A DNA stretch of 63,665 nucleotides, counting the filler, from Klebsormidium nitens (Eukaryota > Plantae > Klebsormidiophyceae): assembly GCA_000708835.1 (NCBI GenBank). It is 5 parts of 5 records of this genome, joined end to end, with 100 filler letters (N's around TTAATTAATTAA, not from the genome) between each part and the next. Parts side by side here need not be neighbours in the genome. Positions count along the whole stretch, not along the records: positions 1 to 23,699 come from DF237879.1; positions 23,800 to 38,585 come from DF238047.1; 3 more parts are not named here. The stretch is one strand, 5' to 3'. Positions 22,901-34,854 of the stretch are shown in pieces (within the stretch, counting starts at the first letter, position 1; each line of letters begins with the position of its first letter). The translations under genes were made by a program, and so were the position numbers. The notes below the pieces were generated by a model. That model did no database searches. It was not told the origin of the DNA and saw only the letters and a program-made list of their open reading frames with translations.

Positions 22901-22943
22901 AGTTGTTTTGGAAGACAAGTCAGGACCAGACGACTTGAAATAA
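19925..22943 (+). CDS. Multi-exon P-loop NTPase (AAA/STAND-like) with N-terminal TM helix
   Basis: Walker A LLGPSRCGKTT and Walker B VVVMDD. Phase-compatible GT-AG exons (to 20261, 20547-20738, 21323-21577), further exons near 22100-22290 and 22590-22943. 5' end uncertain. Confidence 0.75.
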
Positions 22944-23799
22944 AGAAGAGCAAGCTGCATGCGCCCTTAGCCCAAGTTGGCAATCCAACAAAGACTCTTC
23001 TCGCCAAAGTCAATTGATGAACGTGCACGTGTTTATAAGGCACAAATAAACGATACTTATAAGCCGCCACATCATGCATTGATCTCGTGCTTGTTGGGCC
23101 TCACGAATCCACGAACTATGCTTGTGGTGCTCGCCACCAGTTACGAGGTGTAAAAGTGTGTTACATAGTCCTCAAAAGAGTTCGAAATGAACTCTTTTAT
23201 ACTATGAGTTAATTTTTCCGTTCCTATGTCCCGAAATTCCTTGCTCATAGTATAAAGTTTTCCACTTTGAAGTGACCTGGCAACTATCAATCTAACTACT
23301 TTTCTAGAAAGATATCTCTATAAGACGTAGTATAAACTTTTCTAGGGATGATCGGATTGAGAACTATATGTAAGTACACACTTAGGGACAAAACCTGACT
23401 TGAGGCGTTATCGCCCTAAGTCAGTGCTCGGATGGTATTACGGCACCTGACACAACTGGGTATCGGCGACCGTCAGGGGCCATTCGACCCCGTTTCGCCC
23501 TACTTGACCCTTTTAGCCGAGGGGGGCTGACGTGGCGGCCCCTGAGTGGCCCCATTTTTATGCCGAACTTCATTTGGCTTGCTGGAACGCGAGCACCGAA
23601 TACCCCGCGATAGCGGCAACGGGACGGTTGATCAAGATGCAATATTTTGTTGAGGCCCAGGCGGGGGCCCGGGGCCCGGGGGGGCTCACTTTTTTAGGGN
23701 NNNNNNNNNNNNNNNNNNNNNNNNNNNNNNNNNNNNNNNNNNNTTAATTAATTAANNNNNNNNNNNNNNNNNNNNNNNNNNNNNNNNNNNNNNNNNNNN

Positions 23800-24149
23800 G
23801 TGAACAGCCCGAAGGAGAACACCGCCACGTTCAGCAGCAGAGCCGCCCTCCACAGCCCGTACCCTCCCACCTGGGCGCGCGGGAGGACGATCCTCGTGCC
23901 CACCAGGGCGAGCACGCACACGACGCCGAACGCCCCGTATGCATAACGGGCCCACTTACGCTGCCGGCGCGGCGGGGGCGAAGGGCCGCTCGAGGCCGCC
24001 TCGTCAGCCTCTTCCTCCTCCTCCTCGTCCCCCTCTCTCGCTTCCGCCAACACCTTGCTTATCGGGACCTGCCTCGGCTGCGGCTCCACGGCCGTCCTCC
24101 TCTGCAGGCCGGACACCCTGGTCACCGTAGTCTCCCTGCCGGCGGACAT
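23800..24149 (-). CDS. Intronless membrane protein, 3' end lost in gap; probably viral
   Basis: Acidic/basic N-terminus followed by two hydrophobic helices; GC-rich and abutting the RNase III gene. Confidence 0.55.
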
Positions 24150-24187
24150 CGCTGCTCTCTAACGACCAAAAAAGAGCATCGCGCCGT

Positions 24188-25063
24188 TCAGGAGAGCAGA
24201 ATCCGCTCGTACGTCTCACGGGGGATGTGCACCAAGCCGGCCCTGGTGGGTACCTGGGGCAGGCCGTACGTCGAGATGGACGCCAGGCCCGCCCTCGCGG
24301 CGACCTGCTCCGCGTCGCGTTTCTTGACGTGAGCACCGCTGCCCATCTGGAAGCCGCACACGAGCACCACGACGTCGAAGAGATCCTGGTCGCCGCCCCC
24401 CTTGAACGTGCCCCGCACGCGGTACACGGGAAGCATCTCCTCGCCGTACCCGCTGTTGTTGAGCCCCCGGGCCGTCAAAAACGAGTGCGCTGCCTGCATT
24501 ATTCTCAGTAGTTTGTCCTTGAAATTCGAATCGAATTCGACCTCACCGAAGTCGCTTCGATCCAAAAGTGGATGCAAGAACCTACGGCAAGCCGAGATCC
24601 CTAGGTCGATGAACACGGCGCCCACCATCGCCTCGAAAGCGTCCTCCAACTTCTTGGCGTTCAGGTTCCAACCGGAAGCGATAGCCTTGTCGCACATGAG
24701 AATCAGATCCTGCAACCCCAGCTCGGATGCCCACCCCGCCAGCGTGGACGTCCGCACGAGTTTCGTTCGGACCCTCGTCAGGAAGCCCTCCTGCTGATCC
24801 GGATACCTGTCGAATATGTACTTGGTCACCACGATGTTCAGGACGGAGTCTCCCAAGAACTCCAGGCGCTCGAAGTCGCCCTCCAGCACGTACTCCCCCA
24901 ACGCTGACTTATGCGTCAGGGCCCGCACGTACACTCCCAGGTCTCTCGGCCTCAGCGGCTCCCCTTCTCCGACGAAGCGGTTCAGAGCAGCCTCTATGGT
25001 ACGCCGATTCACGTTCCGCGCCTCCAGCAGGACCGCGCCGTCCCTGCGCTCGCTGTCCATCAT
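24188..25063 (-). CDS. rnc: Ribonuclease III with dsRBD, NCLDV (phycodnavirus-like) type
   Basis: ALTHKS, ERLEFLGDSVL, QEGFLTRVRTKLVR, LEDAFEAMVGA and dsRBD KKRDAEQVAA; intronless. ORF is open to 25180, likely ATG at 25063. Confidence 0.93.
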   Translation of the reverse strand: MMDSERRDGAVLLEARNVNRRTIEAALNRFVGEGEPLRPRDLGVYVRALTHKSALGEYVLEGDFERLEFLGDSVLNIVVTKYIFDRYPDQQEGFLTRVRTKLVRTSTLAGWASELGLQDLILMCDKAIASGWNLNAKKLEDAFEAMVGAVFIDLGISACRRFLHPLLDRSDFGEVEFDSNFKDKLLRIMQAAHSFLTARGLNNSGYGEEMLPVYRVRGTFKGGGDQDLFDVVVLVCGFQMGSGAHVKKRDAEQVAARAGLASISTYGLPQVPTRAGLVHIPRETYERILLS

Positions 25064-25101
25064 CTCGACGTTGCTGTCAGACCTCGAAAATAAAGACGGC
25101 G

Positions 25102-25263
25102 TCACGACCGAATCTTCGTGACGTCGATGCTGTCCGGGCTGTCGTCCTCGTCCAGCAAGCCCGCCTCCTCCCGTCGCCACCTGTGCACGGTACGCAAGTA
25201 GGCGAGCGCTGCGAGAGCCGCCAATGCGAACAGAGTGATCGGGTCGTCAAAGAGTGCGAGCAT
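25102..25263 (-). CDS. 53-aa single-TM protein
   Basis: MLALFDDPITLFALAALAALAYLR..., followed by an acidic tail; compact spacing as in viral genomes. Confidence 0.5.
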   Translation of the reverse strand: MLALFDDPITLFALAALAALAYLRTVHRWRREEAGLLDEDDSPDSIDVTKIRS

Positions 25264-25335
25264 CCTGACCCTTCCCTTGCATATACGCACCGTAGAATAA
25301 TTATCGGAACATATAGATACCATACAAACTCTGAA

Positions 25336-25502
25336 ATGGCCAGAACGAAGGGCACGCACTCTCCGACACGCAAAGCTCCGAAAGGCAAAGCAGGGGATCA
25401 CAGGCTCCACGAGGTCAAGCGAGGCGCGGACGGCAGGAACTGGGTGGTGGGGAAGAGGACAGACGGCACCAAGTTCTGGCACCACCAGTCCCTCGGAAAG
25501 AA
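25336..25502 (+). CDS. Basic repeat protein, copy 1 (truncated by gap)
   Basis: MARTKGTHSPTRKAP...KRGADGRNWVV; paralogous to 25908-26399. Confidence 0.7.
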
Positions 25503-25907
25503 NNNNNNNNNNNNNNNNNNNNNNNNNNNNNNNNNNNNNNNNNNNNNNNNNNNNNNNNNNNNNNNNNNNNNNNNNNNNNNNNNNNNNNNNNNNNNNNNNN
25601 NNNNNNNNNNNNNNNNNNNNNNNNNNNNNNNNNNNNNNNNNNNNNNNNNNNNNNNNNNNNNNNNNNNNNNNNNNNNNNNNNNNNNNNNNNNNNNNNNNNN
25701 NNNNNNNNNNNNNNNNNNNNNNNNNNNNNNNNNNNNNNNNNNNNNNNNNNNNNNNNNNNNNNNNNNNNNNNNNNNNNNNNNNNNNNNNNNNNNNNNNNNN
25801 NNNNNNNNNNNNNNNNNNNNNNNNNNNNNNNNNNNNNNNNNNNNNNNNNNNNNNNNACGTACCGTAGAATAATTATCGGAACATATAGATACCACAGAAA
25901 CTCTGAA

Positions 25908-26399
25908 ATGGCCAGAGTGAAGGGCACGTATAAGATCAGCAAGTCTCCAACACGCAAAGCGCCGAAAGGCAAGGCAGGGGATCACAGGCTCCATGAGGTC
26001 AAGCGAGGCGCGGACGGCAGGAACTGGGTGGTGGGGAAGAGGACCGACGGCACCAAGTTCTGGCACCACCAATCCATCGGAAAGAAGTCGACTCCCGGCA
26101 GGAAACTCCCCCCTTGGGCGGCATCCTGCTTCAAGTACGGCACCCACAAGCGGGGACTAGACGGGTGCGTCTACAGCGCCTTCAAACCCCGAGGTGGAAA
26201 GATCTTGCGGTGGAGACACACCACAGGCGGCCCCGAATGCGGCAACTGGTCGAAAGGACCCCCACGGCAGGCGCCAACCGAGCCCGCAGGTCAGTACCCA
26301 TCGAGAACCAGGAAGAAGGGGCACGACGGGCGCATGTGGAGGGTCGTCAAGCACAGCAACCACGTCCACGTCTGGCACCGGGTGCCTAGAGCTACATGA
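25908..26399 (+). CDS. 163-aa basic protein with three RxxPxxxA...KxGxDGxxW...W repeats (giant-virus-like)
   Basis: Repeat cores KRGADGRNW, KRGLDGCVY and KKGHDGRMW. Confidence 0.75.
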   Translation: MARVKGTYKISKSPTRKAPKGKAGDHRLHEVKRGADGRNWVVGKRTDGTKFWHHQSIGKKSTPGRKLPPWAASCFKYGTHKRGLDGCVYSAFKPRGGKILRWRHTTGGPECGNWSKGPPRQAPTEPAGQYPSRTRKKGHDGRMWRVVKHSNHVHVWHRVPRAT

Positions 26400-26597
26400 T
26401 CACTTCTTGGTCCACACCTTCCGCGTCGTGGCAGCCTGTCGAGTCTTGGCCCTCGGAGAACGTCGCGCTGAAGCAGTCGACGTCTTCCTCCTCGCAGCCC
26501 GGCCGTGCGTCGCACATCTGTCCCCTACCAACGCAGTCATCTTGCACCTCTTTTCCAGAACGGTCAGAGCGGCACAACGAATCATAATAGAGAACAT
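26400..26597 (-). CDS. 65-aa basic C3H zinc-motif protein (DUF5763-like)
   Basis: RCAALTVLEKRCKMTALVGDRCATH plus an Arg/Lys tail; its stop codon abuts the convergent gene's stop. Confidence 0.55.
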   Translation of the reverse strand: MFSIMIRCAALTVLEKRCKMTALVGDRCATHGRAARRKTSTASARRSPRAKTRQAATTRKVWTKK

Positions 26598-28526
26598 GCA
26601 ATCAGTGAGGGATATTTAAAGTAGACCAATGGTCGGCGTCCACATGGTCCGTTGTTAGGCATACGCCTTGATACATGAGTAGCTCCTTACGCTTACAGCA
26701 TTGTTGGTGTTGCTCGCGAATCCATCTTCATCACCGCATTACGGCTTTGCAACCTTCATGGATCCAGACGGGATGCCCCGCCGGAGACTGAACGGGGTAT
26801 GGGTATCGGTTGCACTGCGCCGTCGCGTCGGCCCCTCCGGCGGCCTCCGCGTACAGCTCGGCGGCGCGCGCCTCGTCCTTCTCCACGCCCGTGCCGCGCT
26901 AGTAGCAGACGCCCATGGAAATGAGATCAAAGGCCGGACTTTGTGGAGCGCATAGGTGCTCTGATGTTGCAAGGACGCATCATTAATCATCGTTTGGGCA
27001 ACACTGGGACGAGTGAAATCATACGACAGAAACACGACGAGTGAAATCATACATGGAGTGCTCTCATAACATTTGAGCAAGTCTACGAGGGAAAAATCAG
27101 AGGAGATTCACTGCGGTCGGGAGCATCTTCTACTTCCAGCTCGGTCTGGCATCGGCCAGATTCCCCTGCTACTCCATCGATTGCGAGATACACTTAGTCA
27201 GAAAGTTCTGGTGTATCCAGGAGGACCACGGCTGGCGAGACGTGCTGTTTCCGGAGCACGAGGATATCTCAATGAAGGAGTTTGGCCCGTCTCGAGAGAA
27301 ATAGGTCCTCCTGCCTCCTTTCGACACGCACTCCATGTCCATACGCCTGCACCACAAGACGGCGAGGGCCATGATGCAGTGGAGACACAGAACTTTCAAG
27401 GCCAAGCTCCTGGAATGAGGTCCCAGTCGAGGCGTGCGTGTCATGATAGTGCCAAGGCGTACAGCAGCAAGACTTGTGTGGATCGTGCGGGTGGCTGCAT
27501 CACAGCCTCGGTGGGAACAAGATGTATGAATGTAGGAGATGTGGAGGAGCAATAGACAGGGACCACAGTGGCGTCTGAAATACTTTCCTGAGAGCAATGC
27601 GATCAGGATAAGCCCCATAGGAACCCGGTGCACCGTGGGGATGGGTCGGAGAGATAGCTCCCAGTCTCAGAAAGTTCGAGAGACTTGGCACTAGGCGATA
27701 AGGCCGATATCGTACGGTGCACAGAGACTTGAGCAGTATTTCTCAGGTTTCAAGTATCGGAGTCCAAAGATGCCCCGGAGTTGAATAGATTCTTTGCAGG
27801 AAGATTGCTCGAATTTTTGGGATGCACCCCAAAGATGAAAACGATCAGGCTTTACCACGTTTTACAATTCCTCCATGACTGCAATGAGATTCGCTTTCGT
27901 GTCGAGAACTCGACCACACCAAACGTGCTCGTATGTTTTTTGGCGGAAAGAGTACCGCCATATATGGGCCTCCTGCTCCATCATATTGCGACATAAGACC
28001 ATGTATGTACCAGGAATAGTAAATTGTGCGACCGCGTACCCACTTATGTCGATCACACGCTTGCCGGCCACCTCCTTGATGAACACACGAATTTCTGATG
28101 GAATTCCATCCGGAATCGGCTGCGCAAAAGTCAAAGGATGGATGTGCACATTTTTGTTCGTAAGAATTTCCAATACTCGTGCTACGAATGTATCTTTGAG
28201 AACCGCAGGCTTTGCTCGTTGTATTTTAGACGCCCCCGCATCATGTCATATGTTGTTCAAAAAAAGCTTCCTTCCAATCCTTCCCCGGGAAGCGTTGTAA
28301 AGTCGATGGGTACACCTATGAGCCAAGTCACGAAGTCGCTATTCATCGCCTAATTACGCTGATTCCTTGGAGTGCTGCGTTCGTTTTTCAGTTGCGTCGT
28401 CAAAATATTACAGGAAGCTGTATCCCCATAGCACGGCGTCGAACAACACAGAGCGCCTGCTAAAGGGGCGGCATAAGCCGCGTCGATATAGGGCAAACAA
28501 ATTCCTCGGGATCATTAAGACCATTC

Positions 28527-30050
28527 ATGGCGTCGTCTCGCTTGGTAGCCACCCGCTTTCAGCCTAATCGAGCAGCCGTACTGCCTCCTCCATCCGAGAG
28601 ACAGCACCATCTTCAATCGGTCCCCCTGCAGAGGGCACAGAGGGTTTTCAACACGACAACCACCAAGTACCTCCAGATGCTAGCCCGTCTAAAATGGGAC
28701 AGGGACAGGAAGGGAGTGGGGTGGTGGATGCGCGAGACATCCGAACGGATGGCCCCTGTTCGTAAAACAGGGGCCATCACCACCACTGAGACGAATTTCG
28801 TGCAATTCGTCTCAGTGCGTGGGGAGGGTCTGATCCCGAGATCCTAGAAGAGCTGGTCAAACTGCAAGACTCTGTCACTCCGTTCGACTCTAACTCTTAC
28901 CAGGAACTCTTGTAAAGTTACAGTGTGCCGCCAGGCGCGGCACCCATTGCTTGTGGGTCAGTGGCTGCAGTTTACAAGGGCCGCACGCGGGACGGCGAAG
29001 CAGTTGCGATCAAGTTCGTCCGGCCCAACCTGTGAGACTCATTCCTGCAGGGGCTCAACGACATGCAATCCTTCTGCCAGATTCTGAAGAGCTTGCGCGT
29101 GGAAGGGAGCGAAAACATCTCGGAGATGCTCACAGAGATACAGCCGGTCATCCTTGGGGGAAACGGACCTTAACAGGCGCACAACGCAAGGGCATTTCGA
29201 GACTCCTTGGAAAGGGTTGGTCCGGGTGCCAGAGGTGCTGGCAAGCTGGAACGGCTGGCTTGTCATGGATTATGTACTGATTGTAAAGATTGACGACGTG
29301 GAGAATGTCAAGGACCGCATCTCGGCGCGGATGGTGTCGCTCCGATTTGCGGCATGTTTCGCACCTAAAATAATCCAGAACGGGCTCTTCCATGCAGACT
29401 TGCACAGTGGAAAACGCCGGAATAACGGAGGAGGGACAGCTAGTGTTTTACGACTCCGAGGCCGTCATCGCCCTCGGAGACTCGCCTAGAAAGTATATGA
29501 AAGACCTCTTTCGAGCGTTCACGACAGAGAACGCGCAGACGGTCGTGGACTCTTTGGCGGGCATGGGAGTCCTGGACCTCAGCAAGTGTCGCAACTCGAG
29601 GGACACCAGGAGCCTCACGGAGGCGGTCCAGGCGGTCATGGGACAACTGCTACAAGCAGGCAACCCAGAGGGCGTACATGCCATAGTAAAGGAGCAGAAA
29701 GATCTCAGGAGGAACCAGTCGCGGGTGTTCAGGCCCAGGCTCGAGTTCCTGTACTTGCTCAGAAACTCTGGCATGGTAGATGCAACTTGCCGAAAGTTGG
29801 ACCCCCTTTGGGACTCTGCGGAAACTCTTAAGTCTATCCTGCCCAACCCTCCAATGGATTCGGCTCTCCTTGCGGTCGTATGGCCCGAGAGGTCTTTGTG
29901 GACACCCCGAACTTGGTGAAGACGCTCCCGACGAGCCTTCAGAGCATCAGAGAGAAGACAGACGTATTGCGAGACGACTTGAAGATTAATAGGAACATTC
30001 TGTATATATGGCTGACCCTAGTCAGCGTTATACCGACAAACCATTCATGC
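28527..30050 (+). pseudogene. ABC1/UbiB atypical kinase, intronless and multiply frameshifted; probably viral
   Basis: ELVKLQDSVTPFD, PIACGSVAAVYKG, VAIKFVRP and GLFHADLHSG motifs spread across frames. Confidence 0.85.
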
Positions 30051-30752
30051 GTTTATATTCGAGCGAATGGAGTATACACTGGATGGAAATAGAGCCGTTG
30101 CCGCATTGTGAGCCAAGTGTGAGGTATGCATTGATATTGTCATTTCTATTGATAACAACGGCCCAGGGAATACTCGAAGTTGTCGACATAATTGAATTCT
30201 TGGAAGCCCTAAGGTAGGAAGGAGACGTGTTATCAATCTCTTGCATATTTGTTGTGCTTGACTGCAAAATGTATGCGATGCAGCACTTGGTTTCTTGATC
30301 AAGAACGGACTCTTCCAATCTCAACTCTGTTGAGGGTACGCCATCCATGACCGAGGGCACTCCTGTACTAGCCATATTCCAGAGGTATCCTACATGTTTA
30401 CAATTTATCATCTACCTACGACTGTGCTTGTGGAGACTGGAGATTGCATTGCACGCGCCGGCGAGTATGTGAAAAACACTCGTGACTGTCTGGTAAGCGT
30501 TCCGGACCAGGTCATCAATATTATGTACGCATCTTTGCCTAAGTAGCGGTGCAAAAGGCATGAATTTGTATATTGTCGTACATCAATGTAATCGGTGACA
30601 AGATCCGATCGATATTTCATTGATTTCAGTCCTATGCGTCAATCTCAAGCTGATCTAACAACTTAAGGGTTCGCTAGAAGTGACGCAAACATTGTTTTTA
30701 TCGCATCAAAAACCGACTGTGTTCGTAAAATGGCAAGGATTAACTAAATTGA

Positions 30753-32565
30753 TTACCTACCAGCTAAGTGAGTCGTAAGTACGGTAAGTTGTACCGCGGC
30801 TCTCTGCTTTCTCTGCTTTCTTATCTCAAAGAATAGATATCCAGAGAATCCGCCGAGCAGGACCCACAGAATGATAAGGGCTGAACATAGAAGAGAAGCC
30901 CCCACAATCAACGTTGCACTCTTGGCTTGGTCCTTCAAAGCGCCTATCAGAATCAAAACGCTACCCGGTACTGCTAAGAGTATGTGAGCCATTTTCAAAG
31001 AAAAGATAGTCCACCATGACCTGATCAGTGATAAGCGCATTGGCATGAACAAGCCTAGTAAAGTTGCAGCTAACCCACTACCAAAAGCCCACCAGGCAGA
31101 AAACTTTGTTGATGAGGAGGTGCTCCTCACGGCTGTATTGAATGCCCCAGCAGAAGCGACGGTGAAAACCACCAGATATACAGCGGATATCCCTATTTTT
31201 GAAGGCGATAATTCATCAACCACACGGTGGCCAGAAGCATCTCTCTGCAACAACGATTCTACTGTCAGCAGAAATTGATCGAGCAGGGCCATACCAACAA
31301 GATAATTTGCATCCAAATCAACATGGACAGAGCAGCGAATCCAGCTACAGCAGGAATAAATCCGTGATGTAGACATGACAGCATACAAAGCGGGTTTCTC
31401 GTAACATTTGACTGTACAGAGCTTGTCAAAAGCGTGTCAACAGGCCTCGTCCAGGACCAAGTAACTACTTTCCGCAGTAACCTGTATGATAAATTCCATG
31501 ATCTCAGAACAATGTTTTCAGAGGTCATGCATGCTTGTAAACTCTTGCTTTTACTACACCTTGCTTGGCAGAACTCTATCAGCTCCTTACATCAGCACGA
31601 ACTTGTGAATCCCCTCCCACTTCTTGTGACCCTTGCCTCCCTTCCTCCAATTCTTCCTCCACTGCTGAAGATCCATCAATAGGGATCTGCACTTGAGCAC
31701 CCTCTGCACAACTTGCCCTCTCGTATAGGAATTTTGCGATGAGGAAAAAGATGAGGAGCGCCCCAGTTGTTGCTATAATCACCCAGGCAGTCGTCCTCTT
31801 GTCAAAATCTAGGGTTGCGAAAAGCAGAGCCAGGATTGCAGAGTAGAATGACAAGGTGAGGAAGATCCACACTGATCTAATCAGGATATACAGGTACCCA
31901 GTTGCCCATGTTGAGAGGAACACGTCCCTTTCCATACCGGTATATGCCGCAACCAGCTGACTGACTCCAAATGCATTGAAAATAGTCACTACAGATAGCA
32001 CAAACGAAAGTGTGACACACACTCGGTATGCTTGCCCCGCCCATGGTCCAGAAGGACTGCTGAGGTTGCTGTCTGGAAATGGAGCAGTAATTGAAGGGAA
32101 CGTAGAGGTTGTTAGGAGCCCAGAAACAACCAGAACGGTCTTCATTAGACTTGACAGGCTCTTGTTTGTTGGGGGTTTCAGAATACCTTGCCAATAAACT
32201 TGACTCTTCACATCCTCTCCAAAAACCAGCTTGAATAAGATGTCCCCGACTGCTTCCATACAGCCCCTAGAGCCCCTAGAGCCCCTAGTGCTTAGAGGAC
32301 CCATTGTGGTCCTTGATCACCCGCTCGACGCGTGATTCACTTGTTGTGTAGCTCTGCGCTTGAACTCGTCCTTCTTTGCCTGACTAATATTCCCTGTATA
32401 GACCTGGATCTCAGAAGGGAGTCGTTTGATGCCTATGTCCGGGCAACAACCAAAAACACCAAAGATTTTCCCACAGCTTTCAAAAAACTTCCGCGACTTC
32501 GACTTTGTACGTGTTGCTTCAGAATGTTCACCTCCAGCACCCACATTAGGCTGCTGTGCGCTCAT
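30753..32565 (-). CDS. Multi-exon membrane protein with two PGG-like 4-TM modules
   Basis: VLVVSGLLTTSTFPSITAP...CVTLSFVLSV and a second hydrophobic block in 30753-31388; splice donors such as GAT|GTAAGG. Confidence 0.5.
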
Positions 32566-34854
32566 CGAGGCCCTTCATCAAGTGGCTGGAACCAAGGTGC
32601 CGAAAGCCTTTCTGACTACTATTGCCTCTCCTCAACGAGCAAACCAGCCCTCTTGAAACCAGCCTCGGAAAAAGCAAATACCGGAACACGGCTGCATGCC
32701 GTCCCTACTTTTTCCGCGTGAGCCCTCACGTGTTCCATTTTCGATGGGGGCCTGATCTTTGTTCAACGAATCAGAAGTTACCGGATGGCACATGCGGAAA
32801 GTTGAACGGCCAAGATGCCAGCAATTTCTCGGCATTTTCGGCGAAGTATGTGAACAGAACAGATGGGCCTGCAATCATTCTAGCACATCGAACTCTTCTG
32901 CTGAGCTGTCGCTGTCGTCAGCGCAGCGCTGTTTCCGCGAAAATTCGGGTTCCTTCCCTTTGAAGTGGGTGACACCCCCTTAGGTATCCACTTGTATCCC
33001 GTTAAAAAAGGGGGGGTGGTGCTCGTTTTTTAGGGAATGCCGTAAAGAAGTCCAATAGCCTCAATGTTTGAAATAGATTGGTTTTTATTGACGAGGCGCG
33101 CTTGGATTGCTTCAGCCAATCGAAGGTAGGGAGGGGGGGGGGGCTAGAGGCATTTGGCTTCGGGAGACCCCCCGATCGGATTTCAGCTGAAGAGCATGCT
33201 GATTTACAATCTTTTAGCCCAAGGGTGAGAGTTTCTAGACCAATGTACGCAACATTGAAGCACTTCTCGACATTGAAAAGGGCGGATTTATGCTTACAAC
33301 AGTGCATTGGTCCAGAAGTTTGCCCGGGTGGCCGCAATATAGACCGGGGCCTTCACCATATCGGTGAACACAAGGTCGGGAGGAAGGAGGGAGGGGGGGA
33401 GGGAGAGGGGGCGGGCTTGAGACCCTCCAGCCAAAGTGCCTCTAAAATACTTAACCCACTGCCATATCAAAGTGACGGTGCCTTTATAACGAATTATTTT
33501 GTTTCCACTTGTCTCTTGCACTTTGTATTGGTAGATCTTAGCCACATCTTGAGGTCTGACTCTTTGGAGACAGGCCTTTTCTCTCGGGCTTTTATTGTTC
33601 ATTTCCCACATGCCCTTCTAGCCATACCATAAAATTTTGCGGGTAATATTTTCGTAGCACTTTACTGGAAACCTGAAACTTATTGCAACCTCGCGAAAAT
33701 GGGCCATTGAAGTAGTAAACGACCATGACGAAACGGGAACCTATTAAAGAGCAATAATAAAATCCTTTATTAAATTGTAGATGAGTGCGCCGACTACCGC
33801 TAAATGTGGATACTTCAACGTATGACTAGGCTCAGGTGTCCAAGACGTAGCATCTGAACAATCAAGCTCTACGAGCATTGCACGCAACTAACGAGCATGT
33901 CGCTGAGTACTTCCTGCAGGGCGGAAACTCGGATAATTTGTCCGCCAAATCCGTCAGCTTTTACCACCCGTCTTTGACGACAAGCCGATTATTGGAGAGA
34001 AATCTGAGCTCTTGGTCGTTCAAAGCCAGGAATTTGCAGCAGCTGTAGGTCCTCTAGGCTGCCCATAGATGGCGCCTGGATATATTTTGCTTCGGAGAGA
34101 TGCCTGAGCTGGCAACTCGGATCTAGATCGAGTGCTTGGATGAATATAGTATTTAAGAATTATCTATGCGATCGTGAGTTTTTCTAAGAGTCTACTTGGC
34201 ACCGTTGAATTCCCTGCGTCCAGAGGAGCACATATCATCTCGTCCGCAAGCGAAAGTTCGTGGTTGCGTCCACCACTCTCGTTTTTGTTTGTCCTACTCA
34301 AAGCACCATGGACAATACGAAAAGCCTTGGTTCGTGCGCCGTTGCATGCAAGGGCTTGCGTACGACGGTCTACGCAGATGGACATTGCTGATGTGTCGAG
34401 TGCGTGGCATGAGTGGGTTTTGGCCAAGAAAACACATGCATTGTGCAAACAGGCCATGGAGAGTTCTGCATGGAACTCAAACTGGATCTACTGAGAGACG
34501 GGCGAACCGACTGGTGGGAATGTGCTATGTGCGAACGTGCGGTTCGCACAGACGATATCTACATCAATCCCACGACTCTGCCTAGGACACCCCCTGCCTT
34601 TCCTATGATGATGATGAAGAACGCAATGAAGAGAAAGATACATGAGAAGCAAACCGAGGCAGAATTTGCAAAGATCATGCCTGCAAATGCCGCTTTTGCA
34701 CAGTTGCACTCATCATGCTGTGACTGTAATTCCTCATCACTCTCATCACTCACGGTATAGAGGCCGTGAAAGAGGTATTTGATGTTGACTAATTTATTTC
34801 TCGAATCTTCTCGATTCTTCTCGAACCTTATCCAAAGCTGCCACATCATCTGAT

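Noticed and set aside
23744-23755. Recurrent TTAATTAATTAA motif
   Set aside because: Always embedded in N runs; an artificial scaffolding linker.
27073-28350. Membrane-like and enzyme-like ORF fragments (capping enzyme, methyltransferase)
   Set aside because: No diagnostic motif; left unannotated.
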